A stretch of 49,265 nucleotides of DNA from Candidatus Woesearchaeota archaeon. GTDB lineage: Archaea; Nanobdellota; Nanobdellia; SCGC-AAA011-G17; PNOQ01. Under the pieces are notes generated by a model. The model saw nothing but the letters and a program-made list of their open reading frames with translations. It searched no databases and was not told the DNA's origin. Position 1 is the stretch's first letter; each line of letters begins with the position of its first letter. Shown here piece after piece: positions 9,023 through 19,130 of the stretch. The stretch spans positions 1-49,265 of the forward strand of contig JABHMJ010000010.1 in the NCBI GenBank assembly GCA_018693795.1. The letters run 5' to 3'. The position numbers and the translations under genes were made by a program.

Positions 9023-10927
9023 CTATCTTTTCTTTTTAAAAAAATTAAAAGATTTTCTTCCAGTTTTATGTTTATAAATCAAAAAGTATGTTACACAAGC
9101 TACTAATATAATCACAACCCCAATTAAAACAAAATAAAACCATTCTAATGAACTAAGTAAAATTATTGTTCCCCAAACTGCAAGTCCAAATAATATTATA
9201 TAATCAATAACAATATTCCATAAAGTTTTTTCATAACTATAAACAACTTCTTCAATATGTTCAAATACTAAATTAGCAGAACCATTTGATATTGAATTTA
9301 AAGTTACTGCCAATTCATTCTGTTCATTTTGATTCATATCATAATATTGTGTTTCGCCAACCAATATTTTTTTACTTACTGGCTCAGAAGATATTACAAG
9401 TACAACATAATCTGTCCCAATTTCAGATATTTCTGCTTCATGCAATTCTTCTCCAATAGAAAATGTATTTATTTCATTTTTTTTCATTTCAAAAGATTTT
9501 TCACCATCAACAGAAAAATCCCCCAAATCAGTCTCCAAAACCTCGGATTCTTCTTCAACAACTTCTTCATCTTCAATAGATAAAGAGGCACTCCCTCCTC
9601 CTCCAGAAGTAGTAGTACTTGTAGTTGTGTCATCAGGAAGATCAATAGTAAAATAATTATAACCAAAACTAGTATTACCCATATTATCTTTCACAATAAC
9701 ACTCCAATTATAAGAACCTGCATCAATTAAATTAACCCAATTATAAGTAACGGGAGTTCCAGAAGAAACAGAGGTATTTGTACTTAACAATGTATCATTC
9801 CCAAAGAAATAAACAGTCATACTATCTCCCCCAGTATCATTAACAGTAATATTAAAACAATCAGTTATTGATCCATTAAAAACAGCCAAAGGAAAATAAT
9901 CTGTACTATTTGCATTATTTATAACATAACTAGAATCACATATAGCATCCTTATTTGCATCAGTACATGTTTCTGAAAATCCATTTGTACCAGTATAGTT
10001 ATCCCAATAATTCCCTCCAATAAAATTACCCCCAATAATGTTTACACCAGATTGTAGACTTATATTAAAATGGTTTAATGAAAAATTACTAGGAATAAAA
10101 ATATTATTTGTATTATTAAGTATATTATTAAAAAATATTTGATTAGTTAAATTATTCACACCAGAATTAAAATAAATACCATAATTTGAGTTATTTTCTA
10201 TTTTATTATTTGTAAAATTATTTGAATCCGCCGCCGCATTATTATTGTAATTAATTCCATAAGCATTATTTAAAAAATTATTATTGCTAATCGTAAAATT
10301 TATTAAATCGCCAAATATATTTATCCCCTCTTCAAACATATTTTTTATGGTAGAATTTACAATCATCATACCATTAATATCATTTAGTGTTATGCCTGCT
10401 CCAGAACCAGAATCCAAAGTAACATTAGAAATACTTATATTAGTTAAATCATTATCAGATCCAGTATAAAAATAAAGAGATTCTGCGGTACTACCAGAAA
10501 CATCCACATTATTTACATTAATAAATGAAACATCATAAAACATAATGCCTTCTGCTGAACTATTAATTACTGAAACATTTTCAACGGTAATATTTTGTAA
10601 TAACTCTTCAAAATAAATAGATGTGGACCAACCCTGCAATACACAATTTACTATGGAAAGGTTTGTAGACAAAGAAGACATAGTTGCATAAATCCCATAT
10701 TTATTTGAAGGTCCATTCAAGATATTATTCTGACAATCTAATTTTACATTACTAATATTAATTTTCATACAATCATTGCTTCCAGTATAAGTAATATTAG
10801 AATCTAACACATAATCTCCAGAAGAAGTAATATTAGTACAATCACTTATAGTTGTAGCAGAATAAACACTTTGAATAGCAAAAAATAATATAAAAACCAC
10901 TATAAAAGCCAATTTACTCCTTTTCAT
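9023..10927 (-). CDS. Surface protein with right-handed parallel beta-helix (NosD-like), Thr/Gly linker, membrane-proximal beta domain and C-terminal TMs
   Basis: Signal peptide; NVKLDCQN and GIY repeats; IGGNYW...CTDANKDAICD NosD-type cap; start placed at ATG 10927. Confidence 0.88.
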   Translation of the reverse strand: MKRSKLAFIVVFILFFAIQSVYSATTISDCTNITSSGDYVLDSNITYTGSNDCMKINISNVKLDCQNNILNGPSNKYGIYATMSSLSTNLSIVNCVLQGWSTSIYFEELLQNITVENVSVINSSAEGIMFYDVSFINVNNVDVSGSTAESLYFYTGSDNDLTNISISNVTLDSGSGAGITLNDINGMMIVNSTIKNMFEEGINIFGDLINFTISNNNFLNNAYGINYNNNAAADSNNFTNNKIENNSNYGIYFNSGVNNLTNQIFFNNILNNTNNIFIPSNFSLNHFNISLQSGVNIIGGNFIGGNYWDNYTGTNGFSETCTDANKDAICDSSYVINNANSTDYFPLAVFNGSITDCFNITVNDTGGDSMTVYFFGNDTLLSTNTSVSSGTPVTYNWVNLIDAGSYNWSVIVKDNMGNTSFGYNYFTIDLPDDTTTSTTTSGGGGSASLSIEDEEVVEEESEVLETDLGDFSVDGEKSFEMKKNEINTFSIGEELHEAEISEIGTDYVVLVISSEPVSKKILVGETQYYDMNQNEQNELAVTLNSISNGSANLVFEHIEEVVYSYEKTLWNIVIDYIILFGLAVWGTIILLSSLEWFYFVLIGVVIILVACVTYFLIYKHKTGRKSFNFFKKKR

Positions 10928-10963
10928 ATATAACAAAAAGCTATTTCTGATTTATATAATTTT

Positions 10964-12562
10964 CTATGAAATTTCAAATAATTCTGATAAATTCAATTCA
11001 AATCCAACAACAGGATTTTCTAATGAAAAATTCTTCAAAACTTTTGGGTTAATTTCGCCAACATATGCAATATCTTTTCCATTAACTGAAACTCTAGCAA
11101 CCCTTCCAGAAATAAATGAATCATGAACAACAGATTTATATTTACCAACTAAACCTAGCGAGTTAAACAATGAATCTAAAATTTGTCTAGCTTCAGTATA
11201 AGATGCGCTAGCATTAGTCAATAACAAACCAAGGCGAACTTTCTCAGAAGGTAAAAAAACATTCCCAGCTTCAAATATTTTTTGAGGAACTTCATAATGT
11301 TTATTTGAACGCAAAACATCTAATAAACAAGGAATCATCCAACTTCTCATTACATTATATTCTTCATTCAAAGCATTCTCAATTTCAACTAGTTTCAAAG
11401 AAATCCCCATATTTTTTGTCTGATCATCTTTTTTAGCTAAATTATATGTATTAGTTTCCAAAAATCCAAATCCAGTTAAAATGTTGCAAACTTTATTTCT
11501 AAATTCTTCAAATTTATTTTCTTCAGCAACCCCGCCAAAATCACTTATTGAAGCATCAAAATTTTCATAACCATATGCAATTGCAATATCTTCAACTAAA
11601 TCAATTTGAGAAATTACATCAGTCCTATAACAAGGTATTTTTACAATTCCTTTCTCATAACCATATCCCATTTTTTCCAAATAAGATTTTACTTCTTTCA
11701 AAGATAACCCTAAAACTTTATTCACATAATCAATATCAATTTTAACTTTTTTAGGTTCTAAATTTGGATAACTTTTCCCACCAACATCAACAGAATAAAT
11801 ATCTGCCCCCCTTTCAGAAAATCCAGTAACTAAAATATTCAAAGCTTGTTCACATGCTTTCAAATCTAATCCAGTAACATCAATAAATAAATTTTTACTT
11901 TCAACACTAACTTTTGTATCTTCAGAATTGATTATTGGTGGCATACTCAAAACTTTTTCGTTTTTATCCAACCAAACTGGAACATCTTTAAAATCTTTAA
12001 GTAAATGAGCAAAATCAGTACCTTTTGGATGGTTTTCTAAAATTTCATTAACGCTCATTTCTTTTTTCATTTCCAAAGGAATAAATTTAAAATTTCTAGA
12101 TTTGACTCCATATGTTAAAGGAAATTCAATTTTATCTAAATCATAAACACCAATAGATAATTTTCTTCTATCTCTACCAAATGTTTTATGTAATTTTTCT
12201 TGAACTTGCATTAAATATTGAATAATTAACTCATTTAATTTAACATTTTTAACAACAGCACAAACCGCATGCGGACGAACTTTTTTAACACCTTTATCAA
12301 CTTTAACTTTGAAAGAACCTTTATTTACTTTATAATGATCCAATCCAGTTTTAATTCCCATAAATGAAGATAATGCTTTTGCAAAACCAGCAGCAGTCAA
12401 CATATCTGGCCTATCTGGAAAAACCTCAACAACAATTTCTTTATCATCCATACTTTCTAAATCAGTTCCAATCATTGAAATTCTATCTCTTAATTCGGCA
12501 TCAGAAACTTTCTTTCCAAGCATATTCAATATATCCTTTTTATCTAAAGTTATTGTTGGCAT
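10964..12562 (-). CDS. pheT: Phenylalanyl-tRNA synthetase beta subunit (archaeal type)
   Basis: MPTI start, DRPDML, PPIINSE, RTDV...DLVEDIAIAYGY. Confidence 0.97.
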   Translation of the reverse strand: MPTITLDKKDILNMLGKKVSDAELRDRISMIGTDLESMDDKEIVVEVFPDRPDMLTAAGFAKALSSFMGIKTGLDHYKVNKGSFKVKVDKGVKKVRPHAVCAVVKNVKLNELIIQYLMQVQEKLHKTFGRDRRKLSIGVYDLDKIEFPLTYGVKSRNFKFIPLEMKKEMSVNEILENHPKGTDFAHLLKDFKDVPVWLDKNEKVLSMPPIINSEDTKVSVESKNLFIDVTGLDLKACEQALNILVTGFSERGADIYSVDVGGKSYPNLEPKKVKIDIDYVNKVLGLSLKEVKSYLEKMGYGYEKGIVKIPCYRTDVISQIDLVEDIAIAYGYENFDASISDFGGVAEENKFEEFRNKVCNILTGFGFLETNTYNLAKKDDQTKNMGISLKLVEIENALNEEYNVMRSWMIPCLLDVLRSNKHYEVPQKIFEAGNVFLPSEKVRLGLLLTNASASYTEARQILDSLFNSLGLVGKYKSVVHDSFISGRVARVSVNGKDIAYVGEINPKVLKNFSLENPVVGFELNLSELFEIS

Positions 12563-12563
12563 T

Positions 12564-14042
12564 TTATATCCAAGATTTCATCTCCTTTAATTGTTTTAAA
12601 TCATTTTTATAAAAATCTCTTAAATCTTTAATTCCATAATAAGGTAAAATAACTCTACCCAAACCAAATCCCCATGCTAAAACTGGAATATCTTTTCCTA
12701 ATAAAGGCTTAACAACTTCTGGCCTAAATATCCCTGCACCACCAAGTTCTACCCAACTATCTTTTTCTTTAACATAAACATCAATCTCAACAGAAGGCTC
12801 TGTATAAGGAAAATAAGCTGGCCTAAATCTAACATCATCATAACCCATTTTCATAAAAAACTCTTTCAAATATCCCAATAAATGTTTAAAATTAGCATTT
12901 GGATCAATAACAATTCCTTCTGATTGATTAAACTCAAATAAATGACTCCAATCTAAAGCTTCATTTCTATAATTTCTTCCAATACTAAAATACTTTACAG
13001 GCAAATCCTTTTCTTTCAAATTAGCAATAGTTCTAGCAGACAAAACAGTAGTATGCGTTCTTAACACTGATTTCATAGCTACTTCTGGATCCCATTTATA
13101 TTTCCACCCTTCTTCATGTTGTTTTTTAACAGCATCAACTATTTTTTTTGAAGGTAATTTGGATTTTCCTTTCAAGAAAAAAGTATCTTGCATCTCTCTG
13201 GCAGGATGATCTTGTGGAACAAATAAAGAATCAAAATTCCAAAACCCACTATTAATAACAGGACCGCTCATTTCTTTAAATCCCATACTCAACCAAATCT
13301 TCTTAGCATGATTTTTTGCTTCATTTACAAAATGCCTTTTGCCAGGATAAATTTTAGGAACATTAATTTCAACATCATATTTTCTAAATTTCTTTTTTTC
13401 AAAAGAACCATCTCTAATCATTGCAGGAGTTAAACTCTCAATGAAATTATCAGAAATTTTAGATTTACTTAATTTTTTACCCAAAGCAGTAATTTCGATT
13501 AATTTATCTTTTTTTACAACAATTTCTATTAACTCTCTTCTTTTCAACAAATCTTTTAACATATCTTTATTTAATAATTCTTTTTCTTTAGGTAAACTTT
13601 CTAAAAACTTTTCTTCAGGAGATTTAGTTTTTAACAATTCTTTTCCTTTAGCAGTAATTTCAATTTCCTTTCCAAATATAATTGCTTTTTTTCTTTTCAA
13701 AAATCCTAAAGATATATTTACTTCTTGTCTAGATAATCCAGTTTTCTCAGAAATTTCATTTAAAGATAATCTTTTTTCTCTTATTGCTTTCAAAAATTGT
13801 TTTTCTGGCAGTCCTTTACTTAAATATTCTTTTCCATTTTTTCCAATTTGAACTAATTCAGAATTATTTTTTTTAATTTTTAGGACCCCTTTATTCTCAA
13901 ACCATTGTAATGCTCTTGAAACTTCAATTTCTTGTAAGTTAGATTTTCCTTGAATTTCTTTCAAACTTTTACATTTAGAAATATAAGGCAACACTTTCCT
14001 CTCTAAAGGATGTAAACTCTCAACTAATTCTTTCACACTCAT
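12564..14042 (-). CDS. pheS: Phenylalanyl-tRNA synthetase alpha subunit (archaeal type)
   Basis: PQDHPAREMQDTF, LRTHTT, YFPYTEPSVE, GAGIFRPE. Confidence 0.98.
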   Translation of the reverse strand: MSVKELVESLHPLERKVLPYISKCKSLKEIQGKSNLQEIEVSRALQWFENKGVLKIKKNNSELVQIGKNGKEYLSKGLPEKQFLKAIREKRLSLNEISEKTGLSRQEVNISLGFLKRKKAIIFGKEIEITAKGKELLKTKSPEEKFLESLPKEKELLNKDMLKDLLKRRELIEIVVKKDKLIEITALGKKLSKSKISDNFIESLTPAMIRDGSFEKKKFRKYDVEINVPKIYPGKRHFVNEAKNHAKKIWLSMGFKEMSGPVINSGFWNFDSLFVPQDHPAREMQDTFFLKGKSKLPSKKIVDAVKKQHEEGWKYKWDPEVAMKSVLRTHTTVLSARTIANLKEKDLPVKYFSIGRNYRNEALDWSHLFEFNQSEGIVIDPNANFKHLLGYLKEFFMKMGYDDVRFRPAYFPYTEPSVEIDVYVKEKDSWVELGGAGIFRPEVVKPLLGKDIPVLAWGFGLGRVILPYYGIKDLRDFYKNDLKQLKEMKSWI

Positions 14043-14081
14043 AACAATTTAAAAACAATATTATTTAAAAAACTAATGGTT

Positions 14082-14267
14082 TCATAAGTATTCAGAAATT
14101 TCATTAACATATATATTTCTTTCAATTTCTTCTTTAGATTTTTCACTTGAAAAACAATCTTCAGAAACAGCGGGCGCATAAATCCAAACCTTGGAAGCCT
14201 CTCCAACATCATCTAAATGATCTGCCCACTCAGAAGGTCTGCCACAAATTAATTCAGATAAATTCAT
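14082..14267 (-). CDS. Hypothetical protein
   Basis: ATGA overlap with the upstream gene. Confidence 0.5.
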   Translation of the reverse strand: MNLSELICGRPSEWADHLDDVGEASKVWIYAPAVSEDCFSSEKSKEEIERNIYVNEISEYL

Positions 14268-14770
14268 TCTCCCCTAATCCTGTTAGCTTCTTTTGTACAT
14301 TTCTCTCTAAAATCAAAAATATCTCCTTGAATATTTTTAAGAACTTTAGCCATCACAATATTTACATCTAAAGCATTCAAATCTTCACGTTTCATAACAT
14401 AAGTATGCAATAAACGCGCAGTTTTAAGAGAAAAAGCATCATAAGCAATATCACTAATTTCTAAAAAATCACCATTTAATACTCCTTGTTTTGCCCTATT
14501 TAATTCACTAATAACCTTGGCATTTCCTAGCAAAAATTCAATATATGGTGTAGTTTGTACTTCCCCGCTCCCGAAATCATCATTACCAACAAAATTAATA
14601 GAATTAACTAAACTTTCAATTTCAGAATCATAAAATCCTGAATAATCTGGAACAACCTTACTTGGAGTTTCAGAAAATAAATCACTTGTTCTACTCAATT
14701 TATTATAAGAAAAAGAATCATCAGAATTAAAATCAGGCCCACCATCCCATTTTCTAGGTTCGCTTGCCAT
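14264..14770 (-). CDS. Hypothetical protein
   Basis: 168-aa ORF co-directional with and directly after TrmB. Confidence 0.7.
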   Translation of the reverse strand: MASEPRKWDGGPDFNSDDSFSYNKLSRTSDLFSETPSKVVPDYSGFYDSEIESLVNSINFVGNDDFGSGEVQTTPYIEFLLGNAKVISELNRAKQGVLNGDFLEISDIAYDAFSLKTARLLHTYVMKREDLNALDVNIVMAKVLKNIQGDIFDFREKCTKEANRIRGE

Positions 14771-14779
14771 TTTAAAAAT

Positions 14780-15571
14780 TTATTTACTCCATGCTTGTTC
14801 AAATAATGAATTCAAAGTACCAGCAAAAAACGGACTATTAATCCATACACCAATATCATTTTTATCAGTAATTTTTTCATCATCAGTTAACATAAACATC
14901 AAATTACTACCATCAACTAAAATAAATCTTGAATTTATTCCATCAATATTTTTAACAGTAGCAATTCCTTTTAATTCATTAATAATTCCTTTTGAATTTT
15001 CACCCAAAGGTGCAGCAATTTTAATTTTAACACCATTCTTGGATAAATTCTTAAACATAAATTTCAAACTGTCTACTTTTCTTACTAATCCTTTTTCTGT
15101 AGTTGAAATAACCACAGATTTTTTAGCATCTTTCAAAACAGTTTCCATATGATCATATAAATTTCTTCTACCCTTGATTGATCCAGAAACAGTAGAAGGA
15201 TCAACATGTTCTATTCCATTCTTAAATAAAAAGTCTAATTCAGTAAAAAATTCAGTATCTTTTAATTCTGAAATAGTTTTTACTTTAGTATCAGCATGAT
15301 CTAAAACAGATTTCTTAACTCTTGAAATAACTTCTTGAGGTTCAACTGCTAAATACTTAATAGGTTTACCTAATTTCATTAATATAAATCCTCTTTTCTC
15401 AAGAGATTCTAAAACGTCGTAACTTCTTGATCTTGGTACTCCACTAATATCTGCCAATTCACCAGCAGTAGCTATACCTTTTGATAGTAAAGCCATCCAT
15501 ATTTTTGCTTCATACTCGTTAAGATCGAAAGACGACCTCAATCTTTTTAAAAATGTTTCATTCATTATCAT
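14780..15571 (-). CDS. TrmB-family transcriptional regulator
   Basis: LNEYEAKIW...SGVPRSRSYDVLESLEKRG winged HTH plus PLD-like effector domain (RFILVDG). Confidence 0.93.
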   Translation of the reverse strand: MIMNETFLKRLRSSFDLNEYEAKIWMALLSKGIATAGELADISGVPRSRSYDVLESLEKRGFILMKLGKPIKYLAVEPQEVISRVKKSVLDHADTKVKTISELKDTEFFTELDFLFKNGIEHVDPSTVSGSIKGRRNLYDHMETVLKDAKKSVVISTTEKGLVRKVDSLKFMFKNLSKNGVKIKIAAPLGENSKGIINELKGIATVKNIDGINSRFILVDGSNLMFMLTDDEKITDKNDIGVWINSPFFAGTLNSLFEQAWSK

Positions 15572-15691
15572 ATTTAATCACGTATTTAGAACAAATCTCC
15601 CATTTATAAACCTTTCCATATATTGCCATCAATAGGTAGTAAAAATATAATAATCAAAAAAGCTTAAAAGACACTATATGCCCCCCAATAT

Positions 15692-17026
15692 ATGAGGCAT
15701 TATTTGACAATATTCATAATTCTTTTATTAATTTCAACAGCAACTGCAGACCAATTGGAAAATACTGGCGCATTAGATAGAAAATCCGCAGTAATAATAA
15801 AACCAATAAATATAACAAACACAACACTAAATATAACAGATTTCAACATCACAGACAATATTACACTAAATATAACAGATTTAATCAATATAACTGAAAA
15901 TATTACACTAAATATAACAGATTTAATCAATATAACTGAAAATACTACAATAATTATAATCCCAATAAATTTTACTAATTTCACAGAATTTAACCTAACA
16001 AAAAACGAAACAATAAATTTAACAAATTCTTCTTTAAACAATACAATAAACATATCAAAAACAATAAATAAAACAAAAATATTATCCCCCCCAGCAAGAG
16101 ATTCAGAAATTACATATTATTATGTTGGATCAAAATTAATTGCTTCAAAAGATTCTTCTGGGATAAATTATCATTATCAAGACCATTTAGGTTCAGATAT
16201 TAATTCTAAATCTTTACCTTTTGGGCAACCAATATATATAGAAAATAAATTTCCTTTTACCGGAAAAGAACTCGATGAAGATTTATATTATTTCGGAGCA
16301 AGATATTACGATCCAAACATAGGTAGATTTACTTCAGTAGATCCAGTAAAATCAGAACCACCTTATCAATATGTAAAAAATAATCCATTAAGATTTATAG
16401 ATCCTGATGGAAAAGAAACAAAAGAAAAATATCAAAATCTAATATTATATTCTGAAGCAATGAAAATAAAAGAAACACCACTAATACTAAATTTCCCAAC
16501 ACAACAAGAAGTAGAAAACTATAGAACAACAGTAATTGATTCATTAATTACATCAAACCAAAATAATCATATTATAGATCTAGGAAATGGACAACCAATT
16601 TCTCTTCCAGGATACGGAGAATCCACAGAACTTCCAATATTTGAAACAAACACGATAAATACATTATTCAAAATGGAAGTAGCTAGAAATGGTCCAATAG
16701 AAAATGTTGTATTTTTTATGCATAGTGAACAAAATAACCCAAGAAATATAGTTTTAGAAGATCCAATTCTAAAAAGAGATACAAGAGAACCAATAAAAAG
16801 ATTATCCGATGAATTATACTCTCTTCCAAAAAATTATTTTGATAAAGATAATGGACAAATAATATTTGCAATATGTAATGGGGATAGTTGTATCAACGGA
16901 CAAACATTAGCAGATAGTTTGGGCGTTAATGTATTCCTTTCATCAGAAAAAATAGAATATGTAGAGGGAACAAGTCCGCCAATAGTATATGGACATTTTA
17001 ATGAATATAAACCTAAAAAAGATTAA
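15692..17026 (+). CDS. Secreted mini-RHS protein: signal peptide, NxT-rich stalk, RHS-associated core, ~200-aa C-terminal effector
   Basis: QDHLGS, FTGKELD, LYYFGARYYDPNIGRFTSVDP, YQYVKNNPLRFIDPDG. Confidence 0.9.
   Translation: MRHYLTIFIILLLISTATADQLENTGALDRKSAVIIKPINITNTTLNITDFNITDNITLNITDLINITENITLNITDLINITENTTIIIIPINFTNFTEFNLTKNETINLTNSSLNNTINISKTINKTKILSPPARDSEITYYYVGSKLIASKDSSGINYHYQDHLGSDINSKSLPFGQPIYIENKFPFTGKELDEDLYYFGARYYDPNIGRFTSVDPVKSEPPYQYVKNNPLRFIDPDGKETKEKYQNLILYSEAMKIKETPLILNFPTQQEVENYRTTVIDSLITSNQNNHIIDLGNGQPISLPGYGESTELPIFETNTINTLFKMEVARNGPIENVVFFMHSEQNNPRNIVLEDPILKRDTREPIKRLSDELYSLPKNYFDKDNGQIIFAICNGDSCINGQTLADSLGVNVFLSSEKIEYVEGTSPPIVYGHFNEYKPKKD
15857..15940 (+). repeat. 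Perfect 42-bp tandem repeat x2 encoding NITLNITDLINITE
   Basis: aatattacactaaatataacagatttaatcaatataactgaa occurs twice in tandem. Confidence 0.9.
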
Positions 17027-17394
17027 TGATTATGTTCGCCGTATTTTAAAGAATCAACTTTAGTACTAACAAAATATTGTTTAAATTCAGGTTTACTATT
17101 TTCTTCATAATTAACACCAATTAATAAATTAGTTCCAGTTATATTAAAAATTTCATCATGTTTTTCAAAAATAGAATCTAATCCCTTTCCTTTCAAACCA
17201 GTAATAGAAACATTAACGATCTTACCATCAGAGTATCTTCCTCCATAAAGAGTATCAACATGAGAACTAATCTGATCATACATACTGTGTGGATTAAAAT
17301 TTTTTTGTTGTTCAGAATCCCCACTAGAACAACCACCACAATAAGCAGTAGCCAAAGCAGCTAAACCAAATCCAATATTTTTTAATTTATTCAT
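17023..17394 (-). CDS. Hypothetical putative lipoprotein
   Basis: Basic N-terminus, hydrophobic stretch, GGC lipobox-like motif. Confidence 0.7.
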   Translation of the reverse strand: MNKLKNIGFGLAALATAYCGGCSSGDSEQQKNFNPHSMYDQISSHVDTLYGGRYSDGKIVNVSITGLKGKGLDSIFEKHDEIFNITGTNLLIGVNYEENSKPEFKQYFVSTKVDSLKYGEHNH

Positions 17395-17444
17395 ATTAAA
17401 ACAACAAACAACAATAACTTTTAAAACTTTCTATTTGAAAGTGG

Positions 17445-18515
17445 TTACACTAAAAATTTAGAAATGGATTTTTTAACTTTTTCTCTGTTCTCTTGATGTT
17501 CTTTCAAACATTCTTGAGTTTTCTTTATTGTATATTTCTTCAAATCACCAGTCAATAATTTCCCACTTTTATAATCATCATAAATTTCTTTTAATTTTTC
17601 CTCATCATCTTCTAAAAACAAATTCAAATATTGATAACAAACATCAATATCAGGATTTCCACCTTTTTTTCTATGCTCTTCTAAAGTTTCACGTCCACCA
17701 GAAAATGCTTTTTTCAATTTTTTCTCAATATCTTTCATAGAATCATCGGTATATATTGCAGAATAAGGATTTGAAGAACTCATTTTACTTCCACCATCTA
17801 ATCCTGGCAAAAATTTAGACAATATATCTCCTGGTTTAGTTAATTTCAACTTATATGCAACATCTCTAGCCAATTTAATAAAAACATCTTGATCAACACC
17901 AACAGCAACTAAACTAGGAATGCCATATTTAACAGTTGGATACAAAATATGTGCAATTTGCATTGCAGGATAAAAGTTAATTCCAATATTCTTATCTCCA
18001 GTAAATCCAAAAGCCGATCTTACTGTATTATTTGTGATAGTTTTACCACATTTCATAGATAAATTATACAATTCTTGATCCATATTTTCAAAATCAATTA
18101 TAACTTCTGTTTTTTTTGGATCAAACCCCACAGCCAATATATCTAACAAATTTTCATAAGCTAATTTTTTAGATTCTTCAAAGGATAATTTAGACTTAAA
18201 CAAGAATTTTTCATCATCAGAAAGAGGAATAAAAACTCTACAACCAAATTTATCTTGCATTTCTTTAACAAATTTAAATAATTGTAAATGGGCTAACGTA
18301 ATCTTGGCACTTGGACCTCTTCCAGAAACAATAGCAAAATCTTTTCCAATAATTTTATCTAAATCTCTGTGAGCAAAAAACACATTTTTATCAACTAATC
18401 TAATTCCATTTAATTTAGACTTCAATTTATTATCGATTAAAGAAGCCCCAAATTGCTTGATTACTTTATTATAATCAACTTCTCCTTCCACTTCATATGG
18501 TGTTAGTTTAGCCAT
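17445..18515 (-). CDS. trpS: Tryptophanyl-tRNA synthetase (archaeal/eukaryotic type)
   Basis: SGRGPS, TLAHL (HIGH-like), GVDQD, KMSSS, AFSGGRETLEEHRKKGGNPDIDV. Confidence 0.97.
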   Translation of the reverse strand: MAKLTPYEVEGEVDYNKVIKQFGASLIDNKLKSKLNGIRLVDKNVFFAHRDLDKIIGKDFAIVSGRGPSAKITLAHLQLFKFVKEMQDKFGCRVFIPLSDDEKFLFKSKLSFEESKKLAYENLLDILAVGFDPKKTEVIIDFENMDQELYNLSMKCGKTITNNTVRSAFGFTGDKNIGINFYPAMQIAHILYPTVKYGIPSLVAVGVDQDVFIKLARDVAYKLKLTKPGDILSKFLPGLDGGSKMSSSNPYSAIYTDDSMKDIEKKLKKAFSGGRETLEEHRKKGGNPDIDVCYQYLNLFLEDDEEKLKEIYDDYKSGKLLTGDLKKYTIKKTQECLKEHQENREKVKKSISKFLV

Positions 18516-18627
18516 ACATTTATCTCGATTATTACTTATTTAAAGATTTCTATGAGAATATTTATCATTTAGATAAAAACAAAAGACAAAACTTATAAAA
18601 AGAACAAAAATAGTTAAAATTATTACC

Positions 18628-18700
18628 GGGGCCATAGCATAACCTGGTAGTGTAGTCGGCTCCAACCCGACTGGTGGGGGTTCAAATCCCTCTGGCCTCA
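18628..18700 (+). tRNA. tRNA-Trp(CCA), intronless, 3' CCA not encoded
   Basis: Acceptor GGGGCCA/TGGCCTC plus discriminator A; anticodon arm GTCGG-CTCCAAC-CCGAC; T arm GGGGG-TTCAAAT-CCCTC. Confidence 0.96.
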
Positions 18701-18745
18701 TTCTCGATTAAAAACACTTAAAAATAACATTAATTCCCCATTTCT

Positions 18746-19114
18746 ATGAAAAAATTATCAACTATAGCTTTAACATTGGCATTAACACTACCAGCAAAAG
18801 CTGAAATGCCAAAAGAAGTATACTCAACAATAGATCAAATTTTACAAACAAGATCAAATCCCAAAACAAAAAGATTAATCTCTTCATTGGCAGACCAATT
18901 AGGAGATAATAATGGGAAAACAACAAATGATGAAATGGTTTACGCTTTAGACATAATGGTATCAAAAGAAACACAAAGATATATTTCAAAAAAACTCTTC
19001 GGAGAATCAAAAATAATAGATGATTTAAGTATCATAGAAAAAGGAAAAATAAAATTAAAATATCCTCAAATTCCATATATAGTAAAATTAAGGAAAAGAT
19101 ATTTAAACAGATAA
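18746..19114 (+). CDS. Hypothetical secreted protein
   Basis: Signal peptide ending AKA. Confidence 0.7.
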   Translation: MKKLSTIALTLALTLPAKAEMPKEVYSTIDQILQTRSNPKTKRLISSLADQLGDNNGKTTNDEMVYALDIMVSKETQRYISKKLFGESKIIDDLSIIEKGKIKLKYPQIPYIVKLRKRYLNR

Positions 19115-19130
19115 AAGAAATTCTACTTTA

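Noticed and set aside
15857-15940. 42-bp repeat, or the 52-bp element at 34780/38570, as a CRISPR array
   Set aside because: Only two copies, no spacer periodicity, no cas genes
18628-18700. TGA recoding, or tRNA-Trp as an integration site
   Set aside because: Anticodon is CCA, TGA serves as a normal stop in coupled genes, and no duplicated tRNA 3' end or integrase was seen
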